A DNA stretch of 64,000 nucleotides, taken from assembly GCA_964016885.1 (NCBI GenBank), contig OZ024740.1, positions 309,504,001-309,568,000 of the forward strand, given 5' to 3'. A program made the position numbers and the translations under genes. A model generated the notes under the pieces. It was not told where the DNA came from. It saw only the letters and a program-made list of their open reading frames with translations, and did no database searches. This document shows, piece after piece, positions 11,454-25,760 of the stretch; positions within the stretch are counted from its first letter, which is position 1, and each line of letters starts with the position of its first letter. This DNA comes from Eledone cirrhosa (lineage: Eukaryota).

Positions 11454-11923
11454 GTATATATATGGGCCTTCCAGTTTCATTTCACATTATATACATGTCT
11501 GTGTATATTATAATTATTTAAAATTACTTTTAACGGAAAAAGATTTTAAAAAAATATCTTGAAGTGAACGTGACCCAACAGGTCACGGGTGGTCTAGTCT
11601 ACTACTAAAAGTCTGTGATTGCTTGTATGTAATGTAATACAACCAAACGGGTGCATAATGGAAAAATACTTTGAAAGGAAGTTGCCCCTGAAATAGGAAT
11701 ACAAATGCAATAAAACAAATTTCGCGTAAATCTGACCACGGGTTCTCGAGATATGAGGTTTTTCCGGGTTCCTTCATAAACAAAGAAAGAGAACGATACA
11801 GAGAAGAAATAGTGGTTGTGAGAGTAGATTGAAAGAGAGACATAGAGAGAGGGAGAGGAGACAGAGAAGGAGAATGGAAGAGAGCTGGTGGTGTTGTTGT
11901 CTATATACATAAGTGAGCGTGTG

Positions 11924-11954
<31 letters not shown>

Positions 11955-12031
11955 ATATGTGTGAGTGTGTCTATGACCAGTGTATATAGGTCACAGACAC
12001 CCAAACACACACACATATATATATATATATA

Positions 12032-12221
12032 GGAAAAAGTATGACCCCGACGGCAGAGCTCAAGCCGTTTCGACGGCTATTTCTGGACAGAAATAGCCGT
12101 CGAAACGGCTTGAACTCTGCCGTCGGGGTCATACTTTTTCCTATTTCCCACTCTACTACTCTAAGTATTGAGTACTCTGGTACGTTATTGTCTACCTGGT
12201 TCCTTACCACAATTCCTTCGT

Positions 12222-12223
<2 letters not shown>
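12032..12223. mobile_element. Fold-back repeat family A
   Basis: Palindrome 12032-12141 followed by the family tail. Confidence 0.8.
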
Positions 12224-12274
<51 letters not shown>

Positions 12275-12345
12275 ATATATATGTATATATTACACACACA
12301 CATTTATACATATACATACACACACGTATATATATATATATATAT

Positions 12346-12597
12346 GTTATCGCCGTATTTTGACTAAAGAAATTAAAGAAATTATTTAGCCTGATAGTGG
12401 GGTTAAGAACCCTCGGAGAAATGGAAAAAGGTGAGTATTGACGTACATCTACGTCAATACTCATCTTTTTCCGTTTCTCCGAGGGTTGTTAACCCCACTA
12501 TCAGGCTAAATAATTTCTTTAATTTCTTTAGTCAAAATACGGCGATAACTTACATTTCTAATAATTTCAAACCCACTCGCTGTTTCGAAAATATTCT

Positions 12598-12600
<3 letters not shown>
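12346..12600. mobile_element. Fold-back repeat family C (homologous to 63685-63837)
   Basis: Near-perfect palindrome 12346-12549 centred on gacgtacatctacgtc. Confidence 0.8.
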
Positions 12601-12652
<52 letters not shown>

Positions 12653-12683
12653 TACACACACATATTTATACATATACATACAC

Positions 12684-12731
<48 letters not shown>

Positions 12732-13079
12732 GTATGTATATATTACACACACACATTTATATATATACATACACACACGTATATATATGGGCCTTCCAGT
12801 TTCATTTCACATTATATACATGTCTGTGTATATTTTAATTATTTAAAAATTATTTTTAAGTGAACATAACCCAACGGGTCTCGGCTGGTATAGTTCACAA
12901 TAAAATATTTAAATCATTGGGTGTGCCTTCAATGAATCAAATGATATCAAATGCATATTTTGCACATAAGATACAACAGTGTTACAGACCAATTATCCAA
13001 ACATTTCACCAGAAGATTAATTATACTGGTTTAAGTATGAGTCATACGACAATTCACTGCGACCAGAAATTAGTGACAC

Positions 13080-15225
13080 AGGTGAAACCCGCAATAGCCG
13101 ATCCTTGCCTAGTCACAGCTGCCCTTGCAGACGCCTCATTAAATGGGAAAGTCAACAGAACTACCGCTAGCCACAATGAATGCACCAATACCAGCGTCAG
13201 CATCAGCACCAACAACAATAGTCGCAACACCAGAAAGTAGAACATGCTAAAAAAAAATCATCATTAGAAACACCAGCACCACAACCGACAACAAAGCATA
13301 CGTCCGTGTAAAACATGACCTTCCTTGGATTCCAAAAATTGAACTTGAATTGTAACGGGGGTGAGAGGTGGCAAACCGTCACTCACATAAAAAAAAATTG
13401 ACGAAGGTGTTAGCAAAAAGGTTAGCGCTGGTGGTCAGTGAACTAGTAAGGGATGCACAAACATACGCCATCCCGAACAGATCCATCCACTACAGCTTCC
13501 ACCTCATGTGATATATCATAGAAAGGATAGCTAAGGTACCTGGCACGTATAGGAGCCTGATCAACTTAAATCAATCGAAAGCTTTCGATAGGGTCGACCA
13601 TCTCTCAAAGCAGCCGGCTTCAGACCCATTTTCATGGGCTGGATCTCTGCAATTCACAGCAACATCTGCTTTGTGGTTAGAGTAAACTGATACCTTTCGG
13701 AACCGTCCCACATCATGCTCTTGGTCTGCCAAGGTTGTCCCTTTGCATATATTGATTTCAGAGCCATTACGATGATCGGAAACGCTGTCAGGGAGTACGA
13801 AGCGGTAACAGAAGCAACGATTAACTAGGAAAAGACGATGGTCCTGCAACTCGATACCTGAAGGGACAGGTCCATGAGTCCAACAGCGTAGAAGGGTGGT
13901 TGTCGGACGGACTAGTTAAATTGCTCGGGTTCTGGTTTGGTCCGGACCTCTAGGTGGACAAAAACTGGGATGATGTAACATGTAGGATGGCCTCTCTCCC
14001 CTTGAAATGGGCCGAAAAGAGGCTATACCTAAGATCAGGTAGAGGTGGTGATCGCCTCTGTCATCGAAAACCACCTGACCATCATGCCTTTGCCTAGTCC
14101 ACGTCTGACTGCACTGGAATGTTTACACTTTCGCTGTTTGTGGAAGAGACACATTCAACTGGTCAGGTGATCTATTTGCTGTCAACATCTCTTGCATCGA
14201 AGTCTGGGCATGTCATGCTTCCTGATGCGCAAACATGCGCTGGCTCTAAGAGATCTCTAGCTTTTCATTGACTATGAAACGTTGCGGCCCCCATTTGCTA
14301 AACCCAATTTTCCCCCAGCTAGTCTTCTTGACAGAGATGCAGTCCTGGGTCAAGCGAAGACCGAGAGGCAGCGCTTGGCAACTGGAATGTCTTCAAATGC
14401 TCACATCACACTGCCAATAGGGCAATGCGATCAGTAGAGACACCACCTTGGCGTCCCATAGAGGGTTAGTAGCGGGTAAAAGCGACGGCATTCGTGGGGA
14501 GATTAATGGTGTTGACTATATTCAACTAGCCACACTTTTCTGGAGAACTTTCTGTCCATTCCCCTTGGGTAACGTTCAGAAGTCCCTGGCCTCTCAGTGC
14601 TACCAGGAAGCATTGGCAGTTCGAGATTAACTTTATAGGCATGATAGTGCCGCCAGCCGGGCCTGTTCGAGGTGTAAGCAAGGTGACGAAACCGTCCTGC
14701 ACGCAGACACGTAAAGTGACCTGGTATTACTGACTTGTGGGTTTTTCATGTGTGGGACGGAGCTGTCTATGAAAAAGATATTGCATGCTGGACATTGAAA
14801 ATGTTGAAGACAAGCACATCCGTCTTTGGTGAAGCCCTATTTAACGTTTTCAGATGAGGCAATCAAGGAGGAGAGGGAGGTACTGTCTTCCAACTAGTTT
14901 GTTGAATGGTAGGTGAGAGTGGCATACAAGGCCCAAGTGAATGGGCCTGCTCTGTGTATATGCCTCTATATTTGAAGAGGACAACTGCAACGGGGCACTA
15001 GACGTAGCCGTCATGATGACCGTAGCTTTTCGTGGGCTTCTCCACAAAGAATCCTGAAAAGTTTTCTCCCTATTGAGGAATTTGCTTTTGTTGGACCTTT
15101 TTCACTTGAACAAACCCGCATTGTTGCGTCTTTTACAGTCTAGTTCCGTTGTTAATGGTTTCTTGATGTGATCCCTGCCTGGCTAATAAAGAAATCGTTA
15201 TTGTTATTATTATAATTATTATTAA
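13080..15225 (+). mobile_element. Decayed, internally deleted Tx1/L1-clade LINE
   Basis: Recognisable remnants from about 13395 (KVLAKRLALVV, SKAFDRVDH, QKSLASQCY) with many stops. Ends with AATAAA and an (ATT)-like tail. The 5' limit is uncertain. Confidence 0.88.
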
Positions 15226-15519
15226 TGCGACTAGTGTTTTGGTGCAGTAATTTATCAGCTCCAGCACTCTGCCATCAGACGAATAGAGGTAGGTGTAAAA
15301 ACCAAATTCCCAGTTCGGTGTTTTTACTTTACCTAGGAAGTTTGGGTATAGACGAAAGAATATAATCGCGAAAGCAAGCGGCTAAAATGAGGTTCCTCCA
15401 AAAATTCTTTGGTGGTACGTTACTCGATGGAATGTGTGGCTCGAATATCAGGGATTCACTCCAGGTAGAGCCGTTACTTCTCGGCTTCGTGCGATCATGG
15501 TTCTGGTAATACGGATATA

Positions 15520-15816
15520 TGATTAGAATGACTAAGGGAATATTTTACGGGTTAGAACGACTAAGGACAGATTTTACGATCAAAGGCAACTGGGAGGAGA
15601 TCTAGAATTCGAGCTCCAGCAACATAGTTGGATAACATCCATAAGCTCTGTTGGTCTCGCTTGGGGATCCAACTGGATAATTTGGAGACGGTTTCTTCTG
15701 ATAGAATTCTCTGGAAGGGATGTCTGATTATTCCTCCTACCACATCCTGACGACGACGAAGAAGAAGAAGAAGAAGAAGAAGAAGAAGAAGAAGAAGAAG
15801 AAGAAGAAGAAGAAGA
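15520..15816 (+). mobile_element. Probable RTE-like LINE 3' end with (GAA)n tail
   Basis: Remnant LGIQLDNLETVSSDRILWK resembles the DRxxW terminal motif of RTE ORFs and is followed by (GAC)(GAA)n. Confidence 0.45.
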
Positions 15817-17963
15817 AATTCATGAAAAAACTTTCTTCTAGCTAAAATGTTTCGAGTTTGAAATGATGTTGGTATATTTGTTGCTAACAAAATCCTGGCA
15901 AGTTTTGAAATATATTCTTGAACTTTCTTTCATTGTTGTGCTACCTTTCTTGCCAACACGTAAATATAATAATAAACAAAGTAATGGATACCCGAAGAAC
16001 AAATTAGTATTGGTCGACTTTTCAAAGCAATAATAATAGCTGCAATCATGGAACTTTAAAGATATTTTCAAGAACAATATAATTTAGTTAAATGTGTATG
16101 TTACAAAGTAGAAAATAGACACCAATTTCGTTATAGCACTGTACCCCAAGAAAATAAACTATTATCTGAAAAAACATCTCTATATCATTTTCTATTGACG
16201 TCTTAAGAAGTGAAGACGAATATGAAGAGAAAAAGTATTTAAGTCAATGATTCATTGTGAGAGAATAATGTTACGACTCAAAAAAATAGAATATATGAGA
16301 AACTTATATAGTAAATGTACAATAATGTAAAGACAAATACAGAAGTAAAAAGAGAAAGTTTTGAAAAATGAGTATGATAAGGAACATAATGAAACATTTT
16401 AAATAATTCTTTTTTCATGATTTTCAGAAACGAGATGCAATTACGGAAAAAAATACTTCCCGCATCCTATTTGATTCAATGATGTTGAAATGATGCAATA
16501 TGTATTTTTTCGTCTAAGTCCACTTACATATGTTCTTATAATGGTCAATCACATATATTGAATTAATTAGAAAAAAACAACATATTCCTGACGTAAACGC
16601 TTGTCTGCTGTTGAATGAGTGATATAATTGCGAACGGATAGGGTTCCAATCTTCATCATTACTAGAATACAGTATTTAAATTATTTCTTCGAATACGAGT
16701 AAAATTTAAAAATCACAATTGCTACAAGAATTCAGAACATGTTACTACATTCTTGTTTCCTAAGCTTTAAATTTGAAGTGGCTGTAGTTAATTGTGTTTA
16801 ACTTATTACTCAGATTAAGCAAGTCTAAAAGAATTGCTTTTGTTTCAATGGAGATTTATAAAATAATGTATTAATTTAATTTCAATTGGGTGTAGACATT
16901 TATAGTACAAATCCTGTGACATTGCAAATTTACAGATGTTAAGTTCATAATTATTGAACACTAATATTCTTAAATACACCCATTCTATTTGTAGAATGTC
17001 TACAAATCTTAAATTCCATTTGAGCTTCTTAACCGTATGAAATTGAAAACATGGTTCATTCTATGCGATCAGTATAAGAATAAATTACTCATGAAATATG
17101 TAGTTATTCCTATTTACGTTTTATGAATGTATTGCAATAAAATAAATTTTACCTCTTCATGAACACCAATTTCTTAAGAGCATCAGTGGTTCTTCTAAGT
17201 CACCACCTGTAATTGTATATAACAATATTTTTTTGCATGAACATATGAGATTCAGATTATTTAATTACGTGAAATGAATTCATGATGATCATTCGTCCTC
17301 ATATCCATCGTACCATTGTAGAGAAAGAACATTTCTTTCAATGAATGCATCACATGAATGATGAGAATGATATTATTTGGAATATAAACGCCACAGAATT
17401 TTATTAATTAATAAACTATATTAAAAGATACTCTCCCAGAATATTAAAATATATCGCTCTTCTAGTGATTTCTCATATCTAGTTGAAAAGAATAATACAA
17501 CTTAACATATTCTGTTCGAAACCATTAACAATAAATCTGAAAGATTCTTTAATTAAACTTTCGACACAGTATAATATTGCAAAGCAATGTACATTTTAGA
17601 CAGAAATCCGCATCATGAAACCAAATAATGGAAATCATTGCACATGAAACGGAAATGTACAGACTATTTTAAATTCTGTATTGTGATAAATCAAACCTTA
17701 TTTAGAAATACAGCAGCAACATTTTCAGGCTGACATTTATTTGCAGATTTTAAAAAAAGCATACAGACATTCTTGGCACTCTGTCGATGGTGTTTCAGTT
17801 TATTCGACCAACGGAACAGCCTACTCGTGAAATTAACGTGCAAGTGGCTCAGCATTCCACAAACACGCGTTCTTTTAACGTAGTTCTTAGGGAGATTCAG
17901 CATTCTTAGGGAGACACAGAATGTGAAAAGACTAACCCTTCAAATTACAGGGGCAACTCATTT

Positions 17964-18099
17964 TTTCCAGCTGATTTCGACTGGAGCAACGTGAAATAAA
18001 GTGTTTTGCTCAAGAACAAAACGCGCCACCGGGAATCGAACTCACGACCTTATGATTGTGAACCGAATACCCCTTAACCACAAAGTCACGTGCCTTCAC
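17964..18099 (-). mobile_element. Second tRNA-derived SINE family (CORE-like), truncated
   Basis: Minus strand: A-box-like tgactttgtggtta, B-box gagttcgattccc, then ttgttcttgagcaaaacacttta. Confidence 0.75.
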
Positions 18100-18439
18100 A
18101 TACAGACATTGAATACTTTAAAATACTAAAATAGTTATATGAATTCAAACGAAGAAATGTATGGCTGAGGAGGCTAAAAAGGTTGGTGGTAAAAGATACC
18201 TTATAAGATATTAAATGTTGCTATTAATTTACTGCTGGATAATATCTAGGTCAGGAAATTATAAAATACAGAGCCAACGTGTTTACGATCTGAAATTATA
18301 CATTAATTTGTTAAAACTGATGAGCTAGAACATTGACGAAAGAACTCTAAAAATGTATTAAATAATAAAAGAAAACGATTTTTTTTTGTATTAAATAATA
18401 AAAGAAAACGTTTTTTTGTTTTCTGTTTACTGTCTAAAC

Positions 18440-18752
<313 letters not shown>

Positions 18753-18867
18753 AGTGTGTCGGTGTGTATGTATGTACGTGTCTGTGTGTCTGTGTCTGTG
18801 CGTCTGTGTCTGTAATTTGGATTATTAAAAAATTCAAGAATTTTAAGGACTGCTACTTGTGTATGCT

Positions 18868-18906
<39 letters not shown>

Positions 18907-19073
18907 TTTTTTTATTGTTTCTATACACACACATATATACACACATACACATACACATACACACACACATATATATATATATATTTGTGCGTGTGCATGT
19001 GTATGTATGTGTGCGTGTGTGTGTGTGTGCGCGCATGTATGCGTGTGTGCGCGCATGTATGCGTGTGTGTGTA

Positions 19074-19106
<33 letters not shown>

Positions 19107-19939
19107 ATAGAAACACTAAAAGTAAATTAAAGATTCTACTACCGAAGTGGAATGTGAAATCAATATGAGCGGTTTCATGTGTCCTATTGACAAGCTGTTT
19201 TGTACCATATCATAATGCTGTTAAATACCACGGTTTGACATAATTCCATTTGGCACAAGACAATATTCCATTCGGCATTGGATACTTTTAACTAATTTTC
19301 ACTTCTCTTACAAGACAATAGTGTTAAATTTACATTTTATATATTTTTACCTTTTTGTTGTTTTCGTTGTGGGTATAACTTTGTTATATTTTAATTCACC
19401 ACTTACGTGATTTCTCCCCTCTTACTATCTTCTTTTTTCTACATTTTCCTCCTTTCCATTTCGTTTTTATTATAATTATTTCTGCCAACTTCATATAAAT
19501 TTCAATATTCTTGTTATGTTGTTGTTATTTTCATATTTCTTGTCGTTCAATTTCTCTTGAAATTAATTATCTTTTCGTATTTTATTCTTTAGCAGAAAAA
19601 AATATATTCATTGTGACTCTTATTAGCAACGCCCCATTTAGATGTATCTTAATTTAATTATCATGATCACATCGTTCACATCCACTAAATGTCGACTCAA
19701 TATACTTCAATTCTGTAACGATAGGAATGTGTCAATTTAAACAATTTCAAATTCATGTTCATACGAAAATGTACAGCACTGACATGCAAACAAACAACGA
19801 TACACTCACATTCATATAGAAACAGTGACACACACAGATATACACAGACATGCATGCATGCAAACACAGATAAGAATACAAATATATGAAAACATATACG
19901 CCTACTCATAACCTAGATTTATATGTGTGTATGTATATT

Positions 19940-20005
<66 letters not shown>

Positions 20006-20121
20006 CACAAAATTAAGATAAATTAAATGAATTTAATCCAAATCGAAATTGTGGGTGTCATGCCATAACGGCGTGCGCCATATCGCCTGGAAATAAGCTC
20101 AAAGATATATCCGAGCATTTT

Positions 20122-20273
20122 ATAATAACTAGAAATTGATTAACATATAAATATACATGAATAATCACAGGAGATAATTTTTACAAGCGTGTAATCACGC
20201 ATGGCAAGTTGGGTAATAAATAAATATATACCTTTAATCATGTATATTTATATGTTAATCAATTTCTAGTTAT

Positions 20274-20276
<3 letters not shown>
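20122..20276. repeat. Inverted repeat beside a TA tract
   Basis: ataataactagaaattgattaacatataaatatacatga and its reverse complement at about 20238-20275. Confidence 0.8.
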
Positions 20277-20356
<80 letters not shown>

Positions 20357-20360
<4 letters not shown>

Positions 20361-20742
20361 ATAATAATAAAATTGAAGACTAAAATCCAAAGAGGGCTCG
20401 ATAAGGAAAATATATATCAAATATATAAGAACCGTAGAGCAAATATTTATTAAAATAACAGATTAAAGTTTAAGCAAAGAATCGCTGCTTTCACCCTTAA
20501 CGGGATCATCTGAAACTAACAAAGTCAATCTGTAAACGCAGAACTGGATATTTCAAAAAACGTTGCAACTGGAGGAAGACAGGAAGACGTTACCACGAAC
20601 CAAAGTATTGTCTTCCTGTCTTCCTCCGGTTGCAACGTTTTTTGAAATATCCAGTTCTGCGTTTACAGATTGACTTTGTTAGTTTCAGAAGATACCGTTA
20701 AGGGTGAAAGCAGCGATTCTTTGCTTAAACTTTAATCTGTTA

Positions 20743-20749
<7 letters not shown>
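20357..20749. mobile_element. Fold-back repeat family B, longest copy
   Basis: Arms of about 140 bp (20449-20589 and 20610-20749), flanked by (TA)n. Confidence 0.85.
20681..20731 (+). ncRNA. Hammerhead-like fold with CAGAWGA core; mirror copy at 20467-20517 on the minus strand
   Basis: agttt-CAGAAGA-t acc gttaa ggg t-GAAA-gcag cgattct ttgc-TT-aaact. The mirror has CAGATGA and ccc/ggg. Confidence 0.6.
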
Positions 20750-20807
<58 letters not shown>

Positions 20808-20891
20808 ATATATATAAATGTAAGTATGTGTGTATACGTACATACATATATGTATACAGACGTACAGTAGCATGCATATATATATATATAT

Positions 20892-21500
20892 GGTGGCTGC
20901 CAACTCGTTTTCGAGTACGGCCAATACTTTATATCCATCTAGGAGAACCCCTACCGATGCGCTGAACGAATATGACTTTTTAGTCCAGCCAGCGACTTGA
21001 AAACTCTGGTACAAACACTACACCTGTGACAATTATTGACACATAGTGCTGGGCCCATGGTACCATGTAACGACAAGTGCAGAAAGATCTCCAGATATAA
21101 AGCAATGCCTGTGCCGTGAAGCTTTTATAGTGAGCAAAGGCACTGCACAAAGCCAGTCCCACTCCCTTAACCAAGATGATATTTACCAAAAAGAAGAACA
21201 AGTCAACATCATTGGATACCATCAGGGTTGCAGGTGTTATATCAGAGTTTTCCTTCTCCTAGAATTCTGCCTTGACAAAGGCTAAGGGGTCATCTCTCCC
21301 GGTGATTTTGGATGGCCATTGACTCTTAAGAGCTCCTTTGCCCTTTGACAGGTTTTGTTTTTAGTCCTGCAGGATGTCCAAAGTCACCCTCCTCACCAAG
21401 AAACCTTGGTGGGGTTGTCAGTTTAGTCGCCAACGACCCGACCATGAGACAGGTTGTACTGGGATACATGTTACCAGTAGCACCAACTGGTGACCTGACA
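20892..21500. mobile_element. Interspersed repeat, possibly derived from an RTE 5' region; homolog at 25220-25760
   Basis: Shares ccttctcctagaa..tgcc.tgacaaa.gcta.gggg and cttggtggggttg...gtttagtcgcc.ac.acc.gaccat. The family call is from resemblance only. Confidence 0.65.
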
Positions 21501-21502
21501 GA

Positions 21503-22214
21503 CATATATATATATATACATACAGGTACACATACATATATGCACGTATCAGTTTAGCAGACGCTTATTATAACGCCGCTTTGTTCGTTTGTAAACAAAC
21601 TGAACAGCCTGAATTTTTATGCCGTACGGTGTTAAGGCAACCGCGTCACCTTACGGCATAAAAATTCAGGCTGTTCAGTTTGTTTACAAACGAACAAAGC
21701 GGCGTTATAATAAGCGTCTGCTAAACTGATACGTGCATATATGTATGTGTACCTGTATGTATGTATATATATATATATGCATGCTACTGTAGGTCTGTAT
21801 ACATATATGTATGTACGTATACACACATACTTACATTTAAGTAAGTGCCGTACTAAGAGTGAGAAATGAAATTTCGTTTTCATTTTTTTTTTCAACTCAT
21901 CGTTTTCGGTATGCCTGACCGACTTAGCTCACTCGATATGCAAATTAGGCTGCTCAGCCGTTAATTTTCATAAGGAAAGTATATACTTTCGAACGTTCAA
22001 CTATCTGGCAGATGGGTATACGGTGCTGATGATAGCTAACAAGCTTGAAACTAGTACACCGTTTCTGTGTCAGTGTTGAACAAAAAGGTGACGTGGTTGC
22101 CTTAACACCGTACGGCATAAAAATTCAGGCTGTTCAGTTTGTTTACAAACGAACAAAGCGGCGTTATATTAAGCGTCTGCTAAACTGATACGTGCATATA
22201 TGTATGTGTACCTG

Positions 22215-22302
<88 letters not shown>

Positions 22303-22417
22303 TGCTATTGTACGTCTGTATACATATATGTATGTACGTATACACACATACTTACATTTAAGTAAGTGCCGTACTAAGAGTGAGAAATGAAATTTCGTTT
22401 TCATTTTTTTTTCAACT
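21503..22417. mobile_element. Non-autonomous hammerhead-bearing element: partial tandem plus inverted segment (pLTR-like layout)
   Basis: 21653-21897 repeats directly at 22112-22417, and 21503-21652 is the reverse complement of about 22085-22230. Confidence 0.82.
22020..22062 (+). ncRNA. Minimal type I hammerhead ribozyme
   Basis: acggtg-CTGATGA-t agct aaca agct t-GAAA-CTAG-TA-caccgt. Stem I is a perfect 6 bp and the triplet is GUA. Confidence 0.9.
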
Positions 22418-23835
22418 TATATATATATATATATATATATATATACGCATACACATATATATATATATACGCATACACACACATATATATATACGCATAC
22501 ACACATATATATTTGTGCGAATACGTGTAAAACCATAGCCCTCAAGCATATGTGCCTGTGATTGTTCTCTGTGCACATAAATGGAAACGTCTAAAATACA
22601 GGTGTCTTCAATACTGAAATAATTGATGCAATTTATTTTAAGATTAATCTTCGCAATTCTTTAGTCCAAGTATCCTGCCCCAGATTTTCGAAATGAAATA
22701 TAGAACATACAATCTTTCAATATAATGATCAAAACCTACACGTTTAGTTGACATAGTGCTATTCCCTATAGATGTGTACTGTACTCCTCAATAACTTGGA
22801 GTTACAAATTTGGAGGCTGTCCTGGATAGATGTTGGGGATCTCACATGTTTCAGCGTCTTCGACTAGAATACGGACAATAAGAGTAAGTCGTCTGGTGAG
22901 TACAATTATCAACAAATTTACTTCTGTGTTGATAAGGGTTACGAGTATGAATTTGTTAATTATGTATCTCTGGTTTGTTGCTCCACTGCATCACCACCCC
23001 TCGGCTCTTGCGACATGAAATGTGCCCTATTTCTTGTCAATTGTGGTAGTCACAGTATCGAACAAGTCTCGCGTGTAATTTTAAAGGTTCGGACATTTTT
23101 CTCTCGCATAGCCAATGTATCCCCTGATTCATCTGCTAAAACTAAATTTTCACAGTAATCCATCTATCAGCTTCCATATAATTGACATTTTATAATGTAC
23201 ATTAGAATTATGTTATTTTTGTGACATTTGTCATGGTGGAGACGATTGTATGTAAATACAACAAAATACAAATAAACATGCATACAAATAAATTGAAGAA
23301 CATTATTATATGAAATTCAATGTAATTAGTTATATTATATTAAAACAAAGAGGGTTATTCGTGACATATCTAGACAGCAAGAAGACGGTGTTTGTTTTGC
23401 TTAGTTATGACATCGTATTAATTGGAATATGTTAAACACATTCAAGATTATTCACTTTAAATTATATCATTGGATATATTTCTTCATAACTCCAGACAAC
23501 CGCCTTAAGGTACTGTACATTGGTTTGGTTATATAATTAAAAATAATTTTATAATATTAGAAAAACATAATATTCAAAATACTTTATTAATTGGTTTAAG
23601 AGACGTTTGATTTTCGTTACGAATATATGGTTAATGTATCTAACATCTATGTTATAGGTATCAAAAAGAATGTTACAGCTTAAAGAAACACCTTTTGACT
23701 ATAAGTTATTAATGGCAGACATGTTTCAGCTGCAATATCTGGGTACAAATATGTAACCTCACTGCTGTATAACATGTGGAGATGTGCTATTGAGATAATT
23801 CTACCTGAAACTGTGGGATTCATATTGTCATTTAG

Positions 23836-24016
23836 ATAATTGTTTCTACTTTTGGCACAAGGCCAGCAATTACCCAGTACATTACTGGTACTTTATTTTA
23901 TCGACCCCGTAAGGATGAAAGGCAAAGTTAACCTCGGCAGGATTTGAACTCAGAATGGAAAGGGGCGTAACTCTATGCGTCAAAGCATGGCGTCAGACCC
24001 TCTACCGATACTGCCA
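23836..24016 (-). mobile_element. tRNA-derived SINE
   Basis: Reverse complement of the 7167 family. Confidence 0.92.
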
Positions 24017-24019
24017 TCT

Positions 24020-24215
24020 AATAATAATAATAATTGTTTCTACTTTTGGCACAAGGCCAGCAAATACCCAGTACATTACTGGTACTTTATTTTATCGACT
24101 CCGTAAGGATGAAAGGTAAAGTTAACCTCGGCGGGATTTGAACTCAGAATGGCAAGGGCCGTAACTCTATGCGTCAAAGCATGGCGTCCGACCCTCTACC
24201 GATACTGCCAATCCA
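24020..24215 (-). mobile_element. tRNA-derived SINE, tandem with the previous copy
   Basis: Reverse complement of the family, with an (AAT)n tail at 24020-24034. Confidence 0.92.
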
Positions 24216-25024
24216 GATAATGCTCATCTACATACTATCGGTAAAACACTACTCACTAGACGATGAATGGAAAACTAAATTCGACTTTAAACTGAAACAT
24301 GCAAAATAGGATATTTTGTGTATAAATGTGTATCAGTTTTGTACAATTTAGAAGTGTGAATAGAAAAGTATGTATCAGTAAATGTAACGATCAATGACGT
24401 GATTTATTTCAACATACATGATGTATGCTTTCAAGACAATTTCAAAACGTGGTTGCTTAAACTTGCTGATGCACTAATGTCAATAATTTTGTATTTCGAC
24501 GTGATTTTGGATGAAGTTACAATTAATACTAAAGAAGCTTAAAACACCCCCCATACTAAGATTGAATAATTAATACGTAAATGAATACATTTGGTGTTAG
24601 TAAGGCCACGCAATGTCCAACTATCCTTAAATCCGCAGCGACTTTTCACATAATAACTTTACGATTTACAGAAACGTTGTAATGAATATTTCATATTTCT
24701 CATGATAATTGAAGAGTAAAATTTAATTTGTAAATTTATTCCCACCGTTGGTTGCATTATTGGAATAATCAAGACGTCAATAACCACTGACGTCAATAAT
24801 GATAAATTCTGCGGAAACTACAACATAAAATATTGTCGGTTGTCAGACAATTTGACTATTTAGAGGAAAGGTAATTTAAATCATATGCAAACTGAAATTA
24901 GAATATTTCTATTCAGAAATTAACTTTATATTCATTTTTCATTATTGATGAGAATCACGCAAGCGTCCAACTTCAAATTTAATCATTTGTTCCTGAAGGT
25001 GTAAATGAGCAACAGGTATTTGAA

Positions 25025-25098
<74 letters not shown>

Positions 25099-25219
25099 AC
25101 ACACTCACACACACACAACACACACACATACATACATACATGATGGCTGCCCCCTCGATATCGAATATGGCCATTGCACGAGATAACATAATTAATAATT
25201 ATCAATTAGTTCTATCGTG

Positions 25220-25760
25220 CAATGCCTGTACGTGAAGAATGTTTTTAAAGTGAGGAAAGACTGTGCACTGAGCCAATCCCACTCTCTGAGCGACAGTAGC
25301 TATAACCCGAAAAGAAGAAAAGATCAACATCATCGGTAACTACTGAGCCACAGGTTTTATGTCGGAGTTACCTCAGTTTCCTGAGTTGCCTTCTCCTAGA
25401 AGAATGCCCTGACAAAAGCTAGGGGTCCTTCATTCCCAGTGGTTTAACCACCTGATCGGGTATCCAGGCCGATTATCTCTATGTCCCCGCGAATATATAT
25501 ACATATGTATACATGTATATGCATATACACACATAAATACGTATGTATATACATATTTACACATTTTTGGATGGTCGTTGCCTCTTATGAGTTTTTCCGC
25601 CCTTTGTCAGGTTTAGTTTTTTGTCCTGCAGGGTTTCGAAAATCACCTTCCTCACCAAGTAAACTTGGTGGGGTTGCCGGTTTAGTCGCCGACAACCAGA
25701 CCATACGACAGGTTGTACTGTGTTATATGTTACCAGTAACACTCAAGAGTGACCCGACAT
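25220..25760. mobile_element. Homolog of the 20892-21500 repeat
   Basis: Colinear similarity, interrupted by a TA/CA tract. Confidence 0.65.

Larger units (their letters stand above)
10720..11597 (+). mobile_element. Non-autonomous Helitron, copy 1
   Basis: 5' TC after an A; 3' hairpin cgtgacc-caaca-ggtcacg (11569-11587) followed by CTAG (11594-11597). The body is homologous to copy 2. Confidence 0.75.
11598..12893 (+). mobile_element. Non-autonomous Helitron, copy 2 (head-to-tail with copy 1)
   Basis: Starts TCtactactaaaagtctgtg immediately after the CTAG. Shares the 5' ~400 bp and the 3' gggccttccagtttcatttcac block. The end is degenerate (ctggtATAG then T). Confidence 0.72.

Noticed and set aside
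17153-17206. Minus-strand micro-exon bounded by ag/gt
   Set aside because: It has stops in all three frames and no other support.
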